Below the pieces are notes generated by a model that was given only the letters and a program-made list of their open reading frames with translations, had not been told where the DNA came from and ran no database searches. 64,000 nt of DNA from assembly GCA_965279375.1 (NCBI GenBank), contig OZ257156.1, forward strand, positions 1,344,001 to 1,408,000, given 5' to 3'. This DNA comes from Gemmatimonas sp. (GTDB lineage: Bacteria; Gemmatimonadota; Gemmatimonadetes; Gemmatimonadales; Gemmatimonadaceae). The position numbers and the translations under genes are program-made. Of the stretch, positions 19,422 to 29,708 are shown one piece after another (position 1 is the stretch's first letter; each line of letters begins with the position of its first letter).

Positions 19422-19558
19422 TGGCACCGTGCGTGCGCCGTGCACGCGATGCGTCGAGCGACGGAGTGCTGGGGGCGATGCGCGGACTCACCGTCAGCAC
19501 GGACGCTCGCCAAACGCGTCGGCGCGGCGCCGTCGTGGACGCGGGGCGGTGGGGCCGC

Positions 19559-20850
19559 TGAACAGTCGGGAAGATAGGTGACACTTTGTCCGGGGACATC
19601 GCTAACAGTCTTTCTTGAGAGACGGCGCGCCGGTGATCGTGCGGGAATGCTCGTCAAAGCGACCGAGCAGCGTGTCGTAGTCGAGCACGTTCCAGACGCC
19701 ATCCTGTACCTCCTCGAGACCGATCATCTCGCCGTTGAGTGCTTGGGTTAAGAACTGCTGGCCGTTGTGGAGGCGGAACGTGCCCGCCGTGCTGACGCGG
19801 CGGACTTCGAAGTGGCCCGGATAGGTCGGTGGCGCAATGCGGCTCGGCAACGGTCGGCTGGAGGGAGTCCATCGCGAGGCGGGGGTCTCATCGTTCAGGG
19901 CTTCATGGGGTCGCACCTCGTTGTAGGTGTGCGTAAACGTGTTGAACACGCGTTGCTGTAGTTTGGCGTTCGCCGCCGCGGGTTTGGTGACGTGCGCTTT
20001 CAGCACTCGATGCATGCGTTCATGGGCGCCATTCTCCTGTGGACTCGCCGGCGTGATGCGTTGATGCACGATGCCGAGTTGCAGCCACCACGCATTGAGG
20101 CGATTCAACCCGTGAATGCCGTTCGACGCGAACGGCGCGCCGTTGTCGCTGCGGATCGCGTCCGGCAAACCATACGCGCGGAAAAGGCGTTGGAGCTCGC
20201 GCTGCACGCCCTGCGCCTTCACATCGGGAAAGCTTTGGCAGCAGAGGAGGTAGCGGCTGAAATGATCGACGATGGTCAACGGATAGCAGTACACGCCATC
20301 ACGCGTCCGAAACTGCCCTTTGAAGTCGATGGTCCACACTTGGTTCGGCGCCGTCGTCTGCAACGGGGCCGCGCCGGGGTGTTTCCAGTGCGTCCGGGAC
20401 CGGCGGCGGCGCACGCGGTCATTCCGCGCGAGGATATCGAAGATCGTGCTGCGCGCGGGCCAGTCGCGCGTCGGATCGAGCGTCTGGAGTCGCTTCAGAA
20501 TCTTGCGGGCGCCCCAGCCATAGCGCGTGTGCTCGGCGAGAATCAGCGCGACAATCTCGGGCGCCGTCGCGAGCGGCGAGGAGTGCGGGGCGCGACTCTG
20601 CTCCTCCAGCCCGCGGACGCCGAGGGCGAGCACGCGCTCGCGCCATTTGTAGCCAGAATTTCGACTGATCCCGTAGCGCGTGCAAAGCTCCGTCATCGTC
20701 CACAGGCCACTCGCGAGATCCTGCGCAAAGTGCAGCCGCTCAAACATGGGATCGGTCTCCTGCCAGGGCATCGCCGTCTCTCCGAATGGGATGTCGGAAA
20801 GTGTCACCCATGTCCCCGGACACGTGTGAACCATGTCCCTGTACTGTACC
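19559..20850 (-). mobile_element. IS481-family insertion sequence
   Basis: Imperfect ~41-bp terminal IRs sharing TGTCCGGGGACAT (19559-19599 and 20810-20850) around a transposase; no clear target duplication. Confidence 0.88.
19602..20771 (-). CDS. IS481-family DDE transposase
   Basis: MPWQE start, HTH 'ELCTRYGISRNSGYKW', 'WTIDFKG', 'IRSDNG', 'PQENGAHERMHR', 'YNEVRPHEAL'. Confidence 0.93.
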   Translation of the reverse strand: MPWQETDPMFERLHFAQDLASGLWTMTELCTRYGISRNSGYKWRERVLALGVRGLEEQSRAPHSSPLATAPEIVALILAEHTRYGWGARKILKRLQTLDPTRDWPARSTIFDILARNDRVRRRRSRTHWKHPGAAPLQTTAPNQVWTIDFKGQFRTRDGVYCYPLTIVDHFSRYLLCCQSFPDVKAQGVQRELQRLFRAYGLPDAIRSDNGAPFASNGIHGLNRLNAWWLQLGIVHQRITPASPQENGAHERMHRVLKAHVTKPAAANAKLQQRVFNTFTHTYNEVRPHEALNDETPASRWTPSSRPLPSRIAPPTYPGHFEVRRVSTAGTFRLHNGQQFLTQALNGEMIGLEEVQDGVWNVLDYDTLLGRFDEHSRTITGAPSLKKDC

Positions 20851-20858
20851 GACGTGCG

Positions 20859-20968
20859 GCCTAACAGTGCGTTGCTGTTGACAACGGCTGCAAGTATTGC
20901 GGCCGGTTCGCTGCGCTCACTGGTCGCATCCGATTGAAGGGCCCTGCTGCCGAACGCAATCGTTAGAT
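20859..20968 (+). repeat. attC site (chimeric arms)
   Basis: GCCTAAC...GTTAGAT. Confidence 0.88.
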
Positions 20969-21228
20969 GGTGGCAGAAGCATCCACGAGGCGTCGGACTC
21001 CGTGCGTACAATCGCGTGGGGTCGACGGGTGGCGCGGTGGCACGGAGCGCGCGCACTGTCTGGCTGGGTGCCGCGCCATTGGCGAGCGGTCCGGTGCGGC
21101 ACATCGCGCAGCGTTCTGCGAACACTAGGGACGCGAGCGTAGGTCCGACGGAAGGACGAGGATGCGCGCGGGTACTCACGGACACGTCGTTGGCCTGATG
21201 CCTCGGCCGCGCGGCGAGGGAGGCACGG

Positions 21229-22428
21229 GTGGAAGCTGTCAAAGCGTCGTTCCTCGCCCGCCCGGAGTTCAAGGCGGACCCGTATCCGTTCTACGCGCGC
21301 ATGCGTGCGGACGCGCCCGTGTTCCGGGTGTCGCTGCCGTTCCCACGGCAGCTCTGGCTGCTCACGCGCTACGACGACATCGTCGCCATGCTCACAGACG
21401 ACCGCGTGTCTCGCGACCTGTTGGCGAAGCTGCCGTGGTTTCCGCGCGTTGCCCGGCCGGTCTTCGACAACATGCTGGGCCGCGAGCCGCCCGACCACGG
21501 CCGCTTACGCCGGCTCGTGAGCATGGCCTTCACCCCGCGGCGGATCGATGCGCTCCGTGGAAAGGTCGAACGCGTCTGCGAGGACCTGCTGTCGGCCGCG
21601 CCCTCCGGCCGACCGTTCGACCTCGTCGCGGACTACGCCCTGCCCCTTCCGCTGACCGTCATCGCTGAGCTCCTGGGGGTCCCGCCCGGCGACCGCCAGC
21701 GCTTCCACACCCTGATTCGGGGAAGCCTGGCGCTGGGAGCGGGAACGGGGACGCTCTTCGATATCGCGCGCGCGCTTCCGTACTTCTCGCAGCTCACGCG
21801 CTACTTCCGCGGCCTGTTTGCTGAGCGCCGGCTGCGGCCGCGCGACGACCTGCTGTCGGCCCTGGTGCAGGCCGAGGAGGCTGGCGACCGGCTCAGCGCT
21901 GACGAGCTGCTCGGCACAGCCACGCTGCTCGCCGCCGCGGGGTACGAAACCACGGTGCACCTGATCGCATCCGGAGCCTTGGCGTTGCTCCAGACGCCTA
22001 GCGAGCGCGCGCGATTCGCGGAGGGGGGCGGCCTTGGCGACCGCGCGATCGAGGAACTGCTCCGGTATACGAGTCCCGTCGAAATGACGGCGCCCCGCAT
22101 CACGCTGGACGACATCGCGTTCGCCTCGGTGACGATTCCGAAGGGCTCGCTCGTCTCGGGCGTGCTGGGATCGGCGAACCGCGACGCATCGCATTTCGCC
22201 GAGCCCAACCGCCTCGACCTCGGGCGCGCGCCCAACCCGCATCTCGCGTTCGGCGTCGGCCACCACTTCTGTCTCGGCGCGAGCCTCGCACGGCTGGAAG
22301 CGCGCATCGCGCTGACGACCCTCTTCCGCTGCCGACCCGCGCTGCGGCTCGCCCAACCGGCGGAGGCGCTCCGCTGGCGCAAGTCGCTGCCGCTGCGCGC
22401 CTTGACCGCGCTGCCCGTCATCTCCTAG
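21229..22428 (+). CDS. Cytochrome P450
   Basis: AGYETT, EELLR, FGVGHHFCLG. Confidence 0.95.
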   Translation: MEAVKASFLARPEFKADPYPFYARMRADAPVFRVSLPFPRQLWLLTRYDDIVAMLTDDRVSRDLLAKLPWFPRVARPVFDNMLGREPPDHGRLRRLVSMAFTPRRIDALRGKVERVCEDLLSAAPSGRPFDLVADYALPLPLTVIAELLGVPPGDRQRFHTLIRGSLALGAGTGTLFDIARALPYFSQLTRYFRGLFAERRLRPRDDLLSALVQAEEAGDRLSADELLGTATLLAAAGYETTVHLIASGALALLQTPSERARFAEGGGLGDRAIEELLRYTSPVEMTAPRITLDDIAFASVTIPKGSLVSGVLGSANRDASHFAEPNRLDLGRAPNPHLAFGVGHHFCLGASLARLEARIALTTLFRCRPALRLAQPAEALRWRKSLPLRALTALPVIS

Positions 22429-22502
22429 CGACGCGGGCGGCGCGGATCAGTGAAATCTTGCGACGGTCGGTGGTCCAGCATAACGGGGCGCGGCGCGCCG
22501 CC

Positions 22503-22615
22503 ATCTAACTGTGCGTTGCTGCTGACAGCGCCTGCACGAAGTGCGGCCTATTGCTCGCTACGCTCGCTGGCCTCATCCTGTTGAAGGGCCCTGCAACCGA
22601 ACGCAATCGTTAGGT
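22503..22615 (+). repeat. attC site
   Basis: ATCTAAC...GTTAGGT. Confidence 0.9.
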
Positions 22616-22680
22616 GGCGGCACAGCACTTGGTGCGGCGTCAGACGGCGTCGCGTTGGACTCACCCCTTCCGATACTCCC

Positions 22681-23253
22681 ATGACGACGTCGCGCGTCAC
22701 CGTCCACATGGCGGCCAGTCTCGACGGGTACGTGGCCCGTGCGGACGGGCGCGTCGATTGGCTCGAGACGCCGGATGAGTTTGCGGACGGCGTGACCTTG
22801 GAACCGAGCGCCGTCGCGGCGTTCCTCCAGACCATCGACTGCTACGTCATGGGCGCCCGCACCTACGAAACGGCGCTCGCGTTTGAAGCGCAGGGGTTCG
22901 GGTGGGCCTATGGCGACACCCCGACCATCGTCCTCACGCATGGGGCGCTCCCGCGCACCCGCGCGACGGTGGAGTTCTACGCGGGCGACCTCGCCGCGCT
23001 GGTCACGGGACGCCTGCGGTCGACCTACCGCCACATCTGGGTCGCCGGGGGGAGCGCGGTCGCGACGGCGTGCCTACAGCAAGGGCTCGCCGACGAGCTG
23101 CGCTACACGATTGTCCCCGTCGCGATTGGGGACGGCCTGCGCTTCTTCGGTGCCCTCGACCACGACCTCGCGCTGCATCTGGCCGAGGTCACCGCGTATC
23201 GGAACGGCCACGTGGAGCTGCGCTACGAGATTCGCCGGAGTCCACCGAAGTGA
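22681..23253 (+). CDS. Dihydrofolate reductase-like (RibD C-terminal) protein
   Basis: 'ASLDGYVA...DWL', 'MGARTY', 'IWVAGG', 'LADEL...PV.IG.G..FF'. Confidence 0.9.
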   Translation: MTTSRVTVHMAASLDGYVARADGRVDWLETPDEFADGVTLEPSAVAAFLQTIDCYVMGARTYETALAFEAQGFGWAYGDTPTIVLTHGALPRTRATVEFYAGDLAALVTGRLRSTYRHIWVAGGSAVATACLQQGLADELRYTIVPVAIGDGLRFFGALDHDLALHLAEVTAYRNGHVELRYEIRRSPPK

Positions 23254-23323
23254 CTACGCCGGCTGGTGCAGGGCCCCGCGGCTATCCTCTGCGGTGCGCA
23301 GCGTCCCCGTCGCATCGAGCGCC

Positions 23324-23434
23324 ACCTAACCGGGCGTTGCGGTAGACGCGGCCGTCAGGAATGGTGGCCTGTTCGCTGGCGCTCACTGGCCGCAATCTAT
23401 GATTGGGCGCTGCAAGCGAACGCGCTCGTTACAC
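23324..23434 (+). repeat. attC site
   Basis: ACCTAAC...GTTACAC. Confidence 0.88.
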
Positions 23435-23503
23435 TGCGCCCGGCCATCGTACACGCACCCGCCGATACGAGCGTCGGCAGGTCTGACGCACGTCCGCGCT
23501 CGC

Positions 23504-24640
23504 TTACTCGACGGCGAGGAACGCCACGATGGGCGACGCCGGGTCGAGCAGGCCCACCACCGCGCGATAGACGTCGACGCCGTGCTCGCCGCTCGTGAAC
23601 ACCACGACCCCGCGTCGCCGTGCCGGGTCGAAGTACGCGAGCGTGCGCTCCCCGCCGGGTCGGCTGTTTAACCCGGTATGCATGAACACCGGTCCGGTGG
23701 CGTAGTCGAGGCGCACCCACCCGAGTGCTTGCGTGACGCGCTGCGGGCAATCAGCCGGCGGCGTGTGACACTGCCAGGTCAGCTGGGGACCGCGCGCCGG
23801 TTGCAGCCGTTCCGCAGCCAACGCCGGCGAGAGCCCGTCGCCGCGCAACACGCGCGCGAGGAAGCGGGCATAGTCCCCGGCGGTGGTGATCAGATTGTTG
23901 CCCGCGTTCCAGTGCGCGGAGTCCTCCACTTGGGGCGCGCCCCAGTGCCCCGCCGAGTCCAACGGGACGGCGAGGCGTCCGTTCATCCAGGCGCGCCGCG
24001 AGTACGACGTGCTCCGCATGCCGAGCGGACCGAAGACCATCGCCTCGGCCAAGTCCTCGAATGTGCGGCCGAGCGTGCGCTCGGCGAACCTCGCGGCGTA
24101 GTCGTAGCCCTCGCCGGCGTAGGCGTAGGCGCTCCCCGGCGCGAACGCGAGCTTCCCTCCCGGACTCCGGCCGCGCCAGTTCGGGAGGCCCGTCTGGTGC
24201 GCGAGCGCGTGGCGCACCGTCAGTCGCTGCGCGCGTGGGTCGCCGCTGACATCGGGGTCCACCCACGCGGATGCCATGGGCGCGTCGAGCGAGAGCCGTC
24301 CGGCCGCCACGAGGCGCAGGAGGACCTCGGCCGAGATGGGCTTCGTGACCGAGGCGAGCCCGTAGAGCGTCGCGGGGGTCGCGGGCACCCCCGCGGATTG
24401 CTCGCCATAGGCGCGCTCCAGCACGACGCGACCGTCCTCGATCACCGCCAGACTGACGGAGGCCACGCCGTAGCGCGTCAGGAGTGCGGGCACGCGTGCA
24501 TCGAGCGTTGCGCCGACCGCGGCCGGGGCCACGCCCACGGAGGCGCGGCGCCCGCAAGCGGCGGTTCCGAGCAGCAGCACGAGCGCGCGTGCGACGCTCG
24601 TCCGACCTCGGCGAGCGCACGGTATGTGGAGGAGCGGCAT
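23504..24640 (-). CDS. Serine hydrolase (beta-lactamase-related), reverse-oriented cassette
   Basis: SVTK, LAHQTGL, YAGEG, HTG. Confidence 0.88.
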   Translation of the reverse strand: MPLLHIPCARRGRTSVARALVLLLGTAACGRRASVGVAPAAVGATLDARVPALLTRYGVASVSLAVIEDGRVVLERAYGEQSAGVPATPATLYGLASVTKPISAEVLLRLVAAGRLSLDAPMASAWVDPDVSGDPRAQRLTVRHALAHQTGLPNWRGRSPGGKLAFAPGSAYAYAGEGYDYAARFAERTLGRTFEDLAEAMVFGPLGMRSTSYSRRAWMNGRLAVPLDSAGHWGAPQVEDSAHWNAGNNLITTAGDYARFLARVLRGDGLSPALAAERLQPARGPQLTWQCHTPPADCPQRVTQALGWVRLDYATGPVFMHTGLNSRPGGERTLAYFDPARRRGVVVFTSGEHGVDVYRAVVGLLDPASPIVAFLAVE

Positions 24641-24803
24641 CGGGTCCCCGGCGGTAAGTACCGCGCGCATGCGGAGCGTCATGGCGCGACGTACGACAGC
24701 GCGAGCCGTGGAATGGTTGGGAGCGGTCGCGCGAGATCGCGTGTCCGATCCGTTTCGCGGTGTCGCGTGGCGCTGGTACGGGGCGGCGTACGCGGGCGGC
24801 GCA

Positions 24804-24907
24804 GTGTAACCTTGCGTTGCTGCTGACAGGGCCTTCACGGAGTGCGGCCTATCGCTCGCTGGCCGGATCCTGTTGAAGGGCCCTGCAAGCGAACGCGATC
24901 GTTAGGC
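24804..24907 (+). repeat. attC site
   Basis: GTGTAAC...GTTAGGC. Confidence 0.88.
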
Positions 24908-25023
24908 CGCCTCGCGTTATGTCTGTTTGCTTCGGCGGGGGATCCCCGCTACCGCTGATCCAAACCGTGCACGCGCTGGCGCCGTCCAAGAGAGATACCC
25001 TTCTTCACCTCTCTGGACCTGCG

Positions 25024-26484
25024 ATGCGCTGCCTGCTGCTTGCCACTCTCTCCGTGCTCTGGGTCGCGCGGCCACTTGCCGCACAAGCGCCGCCGAGCGC
25101 GTCGGGCGCGCGTGTTCCGATGCTCTCGGCATCGGACGCGCAAGTCGATTTCGATGTGCTGCGACGGGCATTGGAGGAAGCACACGGCGGACTGTATCGC
25201 TACCGCACGAAGCCCGAGTTGGATCGCCGCTTTGATGCGGCGCGTGCGCAGCTCACGACGCCCGTGTCCCAGCTCGCGTTCGCACGCCTGCTGTCGGAGA
25301 CCATTGCCACCATCGGCGATGGTCACGCGCGGCTCGAACTCGATTCGTTGACGATCGCGACGCTGGCCGACGCATGCGTGTTCCCCCTACGGGTCCAGTT
25401 GGAAGGGGAGCGCCTGATGCTGCAATACAACGATTCGCCCGCCGACACGACGCTGCGTCCGGGGATGGAGCTTCGCTCGATCAACGGGCATCCGGTGTCG
25501 GCGGTCGTGGGCGCCCTGCTGCCGACGGTCGCGGGCGATGGCGAGATCCTGACCGGTAAGAGGACACGGCTGGCCCGCACGTTCGCCACGCTCTATTGGC
25601 TGTTCGTGGAACAGGCGAGCACGTACGTGATCACGGCCCGCGATGCAGGCGGCCGGACGGTGATGGCCACGCTCGCTGGCATTCGCGAAGCGGATCGCCT
25701 CGCGGTCCAGAATCCGGTCAACGCGACTCTCCTGCAGCATGCGGCGCGCCTCGCCGGGCCGCGCGGCAATATCAGCGTGGCGTTTTCGCCCGACGCATCC
25801 GTCGCGCACCTGCGCGTGCGCGCCTTCGACGGCGCCACGTTCGTGGCGACGCTCGACAGCGCCTTCGCGGCCATCAACGCCAACGGGACTCGCTCGCTCC
25901 TCCTCGATCTCCGGGGCAACGGCGGCGGTGTGGATCTGTATGGGGCAGCCCTGGTGTCGCATTTCATCGACCGCCCCTTTCGATACTTCGATCGGATCGA
26001 GCTCACGACGATTGCGCCCTCCTTTGCGACATGGAAGCCCGCGACCTTCGAAAACCTCCGAACCGGCACCGTGCCGGGCCCCACGGGCGGCTTTCGCGTC
26101 ACGCCAACGCTCCATGAAGGCGTCGCGATGCAGTCCCCGGCTGCGGTGCCATTCCGCGGCACTGTCGTGGTGCTCATCGACGGGGGCAGCTTCTCCACGA
26201 CCGCCGACGTCGCGGGGCAGCTCCGCGCCTGGGGACGCGCGACGTTCGTGGGGGAAGAGACGGCGGGCGACGCCGCCGGCAACACGTCGGGGCTGAACGC
26301 GCTGATCGTGCTCCCCCACTCGCAGCTCCGCCTCAAGGTCATGATGTACGGCTACTGGAACGCGGTGCACCCCGACACGCCGGGCCGTGGGACGCGGCCC
26401 GACCACGTGGTGGTCGCGCGGATCGCCGACTTGCTGCAGGGCACGGACGCGGCGCTGGAGCTGGCGCGGAGGCTGGTGAAGTAG
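25024..26484 (+). CDS. S41 family peptidase, secreted
   Basis: Signal peptide, DGH, DLRGNGGG, SFST, VGEETAG, G..PD. Confidence 0.9.
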   Translation: MRCLLLATLSVLWVARPLAAQAPPSASGARVPMLSASDAQVDFDVLRRALEEAHGGLYRYRTKPELDRRFDAARAQLTTPVSQLAFARLLSETIATIGDGHARLELDSLTIATLADACVFPLRVQLEGERLMLQYNDSPADTTLRPGMELRSINGHPVSAVVGALLPTVAGDGEILTGKRTRLARTFATLYWLFVEQASTYVITARDAGGRTVMATLAGIREADRLAVQNPVNATLLQHAARLAGPRGNISVAFSPDASVAHLRVRAFDGATFVATLDSAFAAINANGTRSLLLDLRGNGGGVDLYGAALVSHFIDRPFRYFDRIELTTIAPSFATWKPATFENLRTGTVPGPTGGFRVTPTLHEGVAMQSPAAVPFRGTVVVLIDGGSFSTTADVAGQLRAWGRATFVGEETAGDAAGNTSGLNALIVLPHSQLRLKVMMYGYWNAVHPDTPGRGTRPDHVVVARIADLLQGTDAALELARRLVK

Positions 26485-26501
26485 GGGTGCCGAGAACGGC
26501 C

Positions 26502-26612
26502 GCCTAACCTTGCGTTGCTGCCAACAGGGCTAGCAAGAATTGCGGCCCTATTCGCTGCGCTCACTGGTCGCATCCCGTTGCAGGGCCCTGCTGCCGAATG
26601 CAATCGTTAGGC
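26502..26612 (+). repeat. attC site
   Basis: GCCTAAC...GTTAGGC. Confidence 0.88.
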
Positions 26613-26860
26613 AGATTTCCATAGCTCGTGGCAACGACTCTCGCTGTTGCTCGAGGCGCCGCGCCGAGCCGAACAGCGTTCCAGAGCCAGCCACTGGTAT
26701 GCAGGGCGGGCGCGGCACGGGGCTGACCGTGTGATGGTCGGTGGACGGCGCGGGTCGCGACCGCGCCATTGCGTGTACAGATTGCGACACCGTCATCGTG
26801 CACCGGCCGCGATGCACCCGCCTTCGCGCGGATACCCACGTTCAATCGATCGTGCTCCCG

Positions 26861-27976
26861 ATGTCCGCTCTCCTCCTATTGGCGTCGCTGCTCGCCTCCG
26901 CTCCGCCGTCGGCTGCCCGTCCCGCGGCGGACTCGGTGCAGACCCACCTGCAGCGGCTCGCCGACAGCGTCGTCGCCGCGAGGCCGCGCATGCCCGGGAT
27001 CATCATTGCAGTGGAGCAACAGGCCACGGGCCAGCGATGGAGCGTGGCGGCGGGCCTCGCGGATACGGCGCGGAAGATCAGGCTCACCCCCGACCAGCCG
27101 GTGCGACTGGCGAGCAACACGAAGACGTACACCGCTGCCGCGGTGCTGCGGCTCGTGGAAATGGGACGGCTTGCGCTCAGCGATCCGCTGACCAAGCATC
27201 TGCCGCCGTCCATCGATTCTCTCCTCCGCGGAGATGGCTACGCGACGGATCGCATCACCATCGAGTAGGTACTGAATCACCGGGCGGGATTCAATGAACA
27301 CCCCGCCGTGCGAAGCTTTCTAACAAAGCTGTGCACCGATCCGCAGCATCACTGGACGCCTCGCGAGCAGCTGCAATGGCTGGTGGATAGTCTGGCGCCG
27401 GTGGGGCCGCCTGGAGCGCAGTTCCGCTATTCGGACGATGGCTACGTGTTGCTGGGGCTGATCGTCGAGCGCCTGAGCGGGAAGCCCCTCGGCCCCGCGG
27501 TGCGGTCGCTCGTGCGTTTCGACAAGCTGGGGCTGCGCCATACCTGGTGGGAAACGTTGGAGCCGGCACCCGCCGGAGAACCTGACCGGGCGCACCAGTA
27601 TCTCGGTGGGCTCGACGCGTACGGCATCGACCCCTCCTTCGACCTATTCGGCGGCGGCGGCATTGTGGCGCCAATGGCTGACCTCGCGCATTTCCTCACC
27701 GCGCTGCTGAACGGACAGGTGTTCGAGAAGCGAGAGACGCTGGACACCATGATGCGTCCGCGGAGCCCGGAGATGAACGGGTATGGCATGGGCCTCTTCG
27801 GCTCAACGGTGGGCGGCCTGACGGGGCGTGGCCATAGTGGCTTCTGGGGCACGACTGCGATGGTGTTCCCGGACGCGGGGGTGACGATCGCGGTCGCCAT
27901 CACGGATCAGGGCGAGTTTCGACAAGCGAACGCCGTGCTGGGCGCGGTGCTGAAGGTGTTGGAGGCCAATCGGTAA
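26861..27976 (+). pseudogene. Serine hydrolase (beta-lactamase-related) with an in-frame TAG at 27266-27268
   Basis: SNTK before the stop; the same frame continues ITIE*VLNHRAG and contains YSD and GHSG. Confidence 0.88.
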
Positions 27977-28242
27977 AGCACCAGGTGCGCGGCAGCATCC
28001 GCCGCGCGAACCCGGACCATCGACAAGCGCGTCGAATCCTGCGTGACGAATGGCCGTGGCGAGCGCGCTTCGCCCACCGACGACCAACGGCGAGCGGTAC
28101 TACCTCGAATACCCCAAGGCGTCGTGCTACGGCCGCGCCGTCTCCCGAGTCGTCTCGCGGATCTGCCTCACGATCGTCACAGCCGGCGAGGACCTAAGTG
28201 ATTGCGCATGCTGTATGCGCCCGCCTGACTCGTCGTTGATCT

Positions 28243-28275
28243 GCCTAACCTCGCGTTGGTGCAGTCGGCCGCGGA
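28243..28275 (+). repeat. attC left-half remnant
   Basis: ATCTGCCTAAC complements GTTAGGCAGAT at 26606; followed by CTCGCGTTGGTGCAG; no right arm found. Confidence 0.7.
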
Positions 28276-28476
28276 CGGTGACCGCGGTGACGTGACGGGG
28301 CGGCCATCACCGAGGCGCAGTGCGCGGGTCCCCGGCCCGCGGACGCATCGGTCGAGCCCCTCAGGGTCGGCTCGGCGGGACGTGCCGCAACCCTCGCGTG
28401 CCCGTGGGTGTCTACTGTGGACCGCACCGGGACCGTGCGGTCACTCCCGTTCCGACGCCAACCACCGCGGCCACGC

Positions 28477-29556
28477 ATGATTCGACGCTCCGCGCTTCTC
28501 CTTGCCACCTTGCTCGTCGCGAGCGGACTCTCGTCATCGGCCGTGCGCGCGCAGCCAGTCCGCGTCGTCTATCGCGAAGCGGCGGATGCGTTCGAGATTC
28601 TCGACCACGTGAGTAACTGGTGGCCGGGGTACAACGAGCCGCGGTATCAGCAGTTTTGGGCGGACTCGATTGGCGTCCAACCCGGCGACTCCATCCAGTT
28701 CGCGCGGTACGCCGCCTTGCGCGAGACGTACTACGACAAACGCGGGCAAGGGAACAGTCAGCCTCGCCGTGATGGCAGCGGGCTCTTCACGGATCGCCTC
28801 GCCGTGCAGGCGGATCCCCTCGCGGCCGCCTTCTACGAGGCGGAATCCATCCCGGAGGCCATTGCGTCCCTCGGCAGGCTCTTGACCGCGAACGAACAGG
28901 CCTTCCTGACGGCCTTCTATGCGCATTTTCGCTCTCGGATCGCACCGCTGCTTCGCCAGACGCGCGAACGCACCGCAGCGTCGCGCGCCGCGACCGCGAG
29001 CACGCTCCAGGCGCCGGAGGTCGCGCAGTATCTGACACAGGTCCGGCGCTGGTTCGGCGTCGATAGTGTACCCTTCACGGCCCTCTACGTGTGGTGGCCC
29101 GACTCGTCCCGCACATCGGCGAATCCCCATGGCGTGCATCTCGTTCTCCGAGTCCGTCCCAGCGCCGCGGACACCGTGAACAACGCCGATGTCGTGGCGC
29201 ATGAAGTCGTGCATGTGTTCGCCGCCACCATGGATTCGGCGCGCCAACGCACGCTCAGCACGACGCTGCTGGACGGATGCGCGGTGCCCGCCGGCGTGCG
29301 CCGGCTTGCGGTGCTCGAAGAGCCCATCGCTACTGTCCTCGGCAATATGGAGTTCCGGCGCCGATTTGCGCCGCGTCGGTTTCAGTGGAGCCGGCAATGG
29401 TACGGGGACGACTGGGTTGAGCTGCTCGCGCGCCTCTTGTATCCCGTGATCACGTCGGCCCTGAGCACCGAAACGCCCATTGGCGCGGCCTTCACACGGG
29501 ACGCGACCGCGATGTGCGCGCTAGCCGCGCGGGCGCGACGCCCCCAGGCGCCGTGA
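28477..29556 (+). CDS. Secreted putative zinc metallopeptidase
   Basis: Signal peptide; HEVVH with downstream 'LEEPIA' Glu (gluzincin-like). Confidence 0.65.
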   Translation: MIRRSALLLATLLVASGLSSSAVRAQPVRVVYREAADAFEILDHVSNWWPGYNEPRYQQFWADSIGVQPGDSIQFARYAALRETYYDKRGQGNSQPRRDGSGLFTDRLAVQADPLAAAFYEAESIPEAIASLGRLLTANEQAFLTAFYAHFRSRIAPLLRQTRERTAASRAATASTLQAPEVAQYLTQVRRWFGVDSVPFTALYVWWPDSSRTSANPHGVHLVLRVRPSAADTVNNADVVAHEVVHVFAATMDSARQRTLSTTLLDGCAVPAGVRRLAVLEEPIATVLGNMEFRRRFAPRRFQWSRQWYGDDWVELLARLLYPVITSALSTETPIGAAFTRDATAMCALAARARRPQAP

Positions 29557-29657
29557 GGTCAGGCGGGGGCGCTGCACACGCACCGCCGGCGGGGCGGCGT
29601 GAGACGGCGCTGCCGCGGAGGGCCGATGCCCGCATCACCGGCCGTCGGAGCGACCAA

Positions 29658-29692
29658 TTGAAGGGCCTTGCGAGCGAACTCGCTCGTTGAGT
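29658..29692 (+). repeat. attC right-half remnant
   Basis: TTGAAGGGCCTTGCGAGCGAACTCGCTCGTTGAGT; downstream GTGGCAGC complements the 30617-30624 flank. Confidence 0.7.
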
Positions 29693-29708
29693 GGCAGCTC
29701 TCCGTGCC

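Noticed and set aside
19600..19606. CGCTAAC as an attC R'' box
   Set aside because: It overlaps the transposase stop codon at the IS481 end and no attC body follows.
20772..21272. N-terminal extension of the 556-aa transposase ORF
   Set aside because: It runs through the IS end and an attC; the real start is the MPWQE ATG at 20771.
22681..23253. Trimethoprim-resistance dfr cassette
   Set aside because: The sequence fits the RibD-C/DHFR-like family, not DfrA or DfrB; resistance cannot be inferred.
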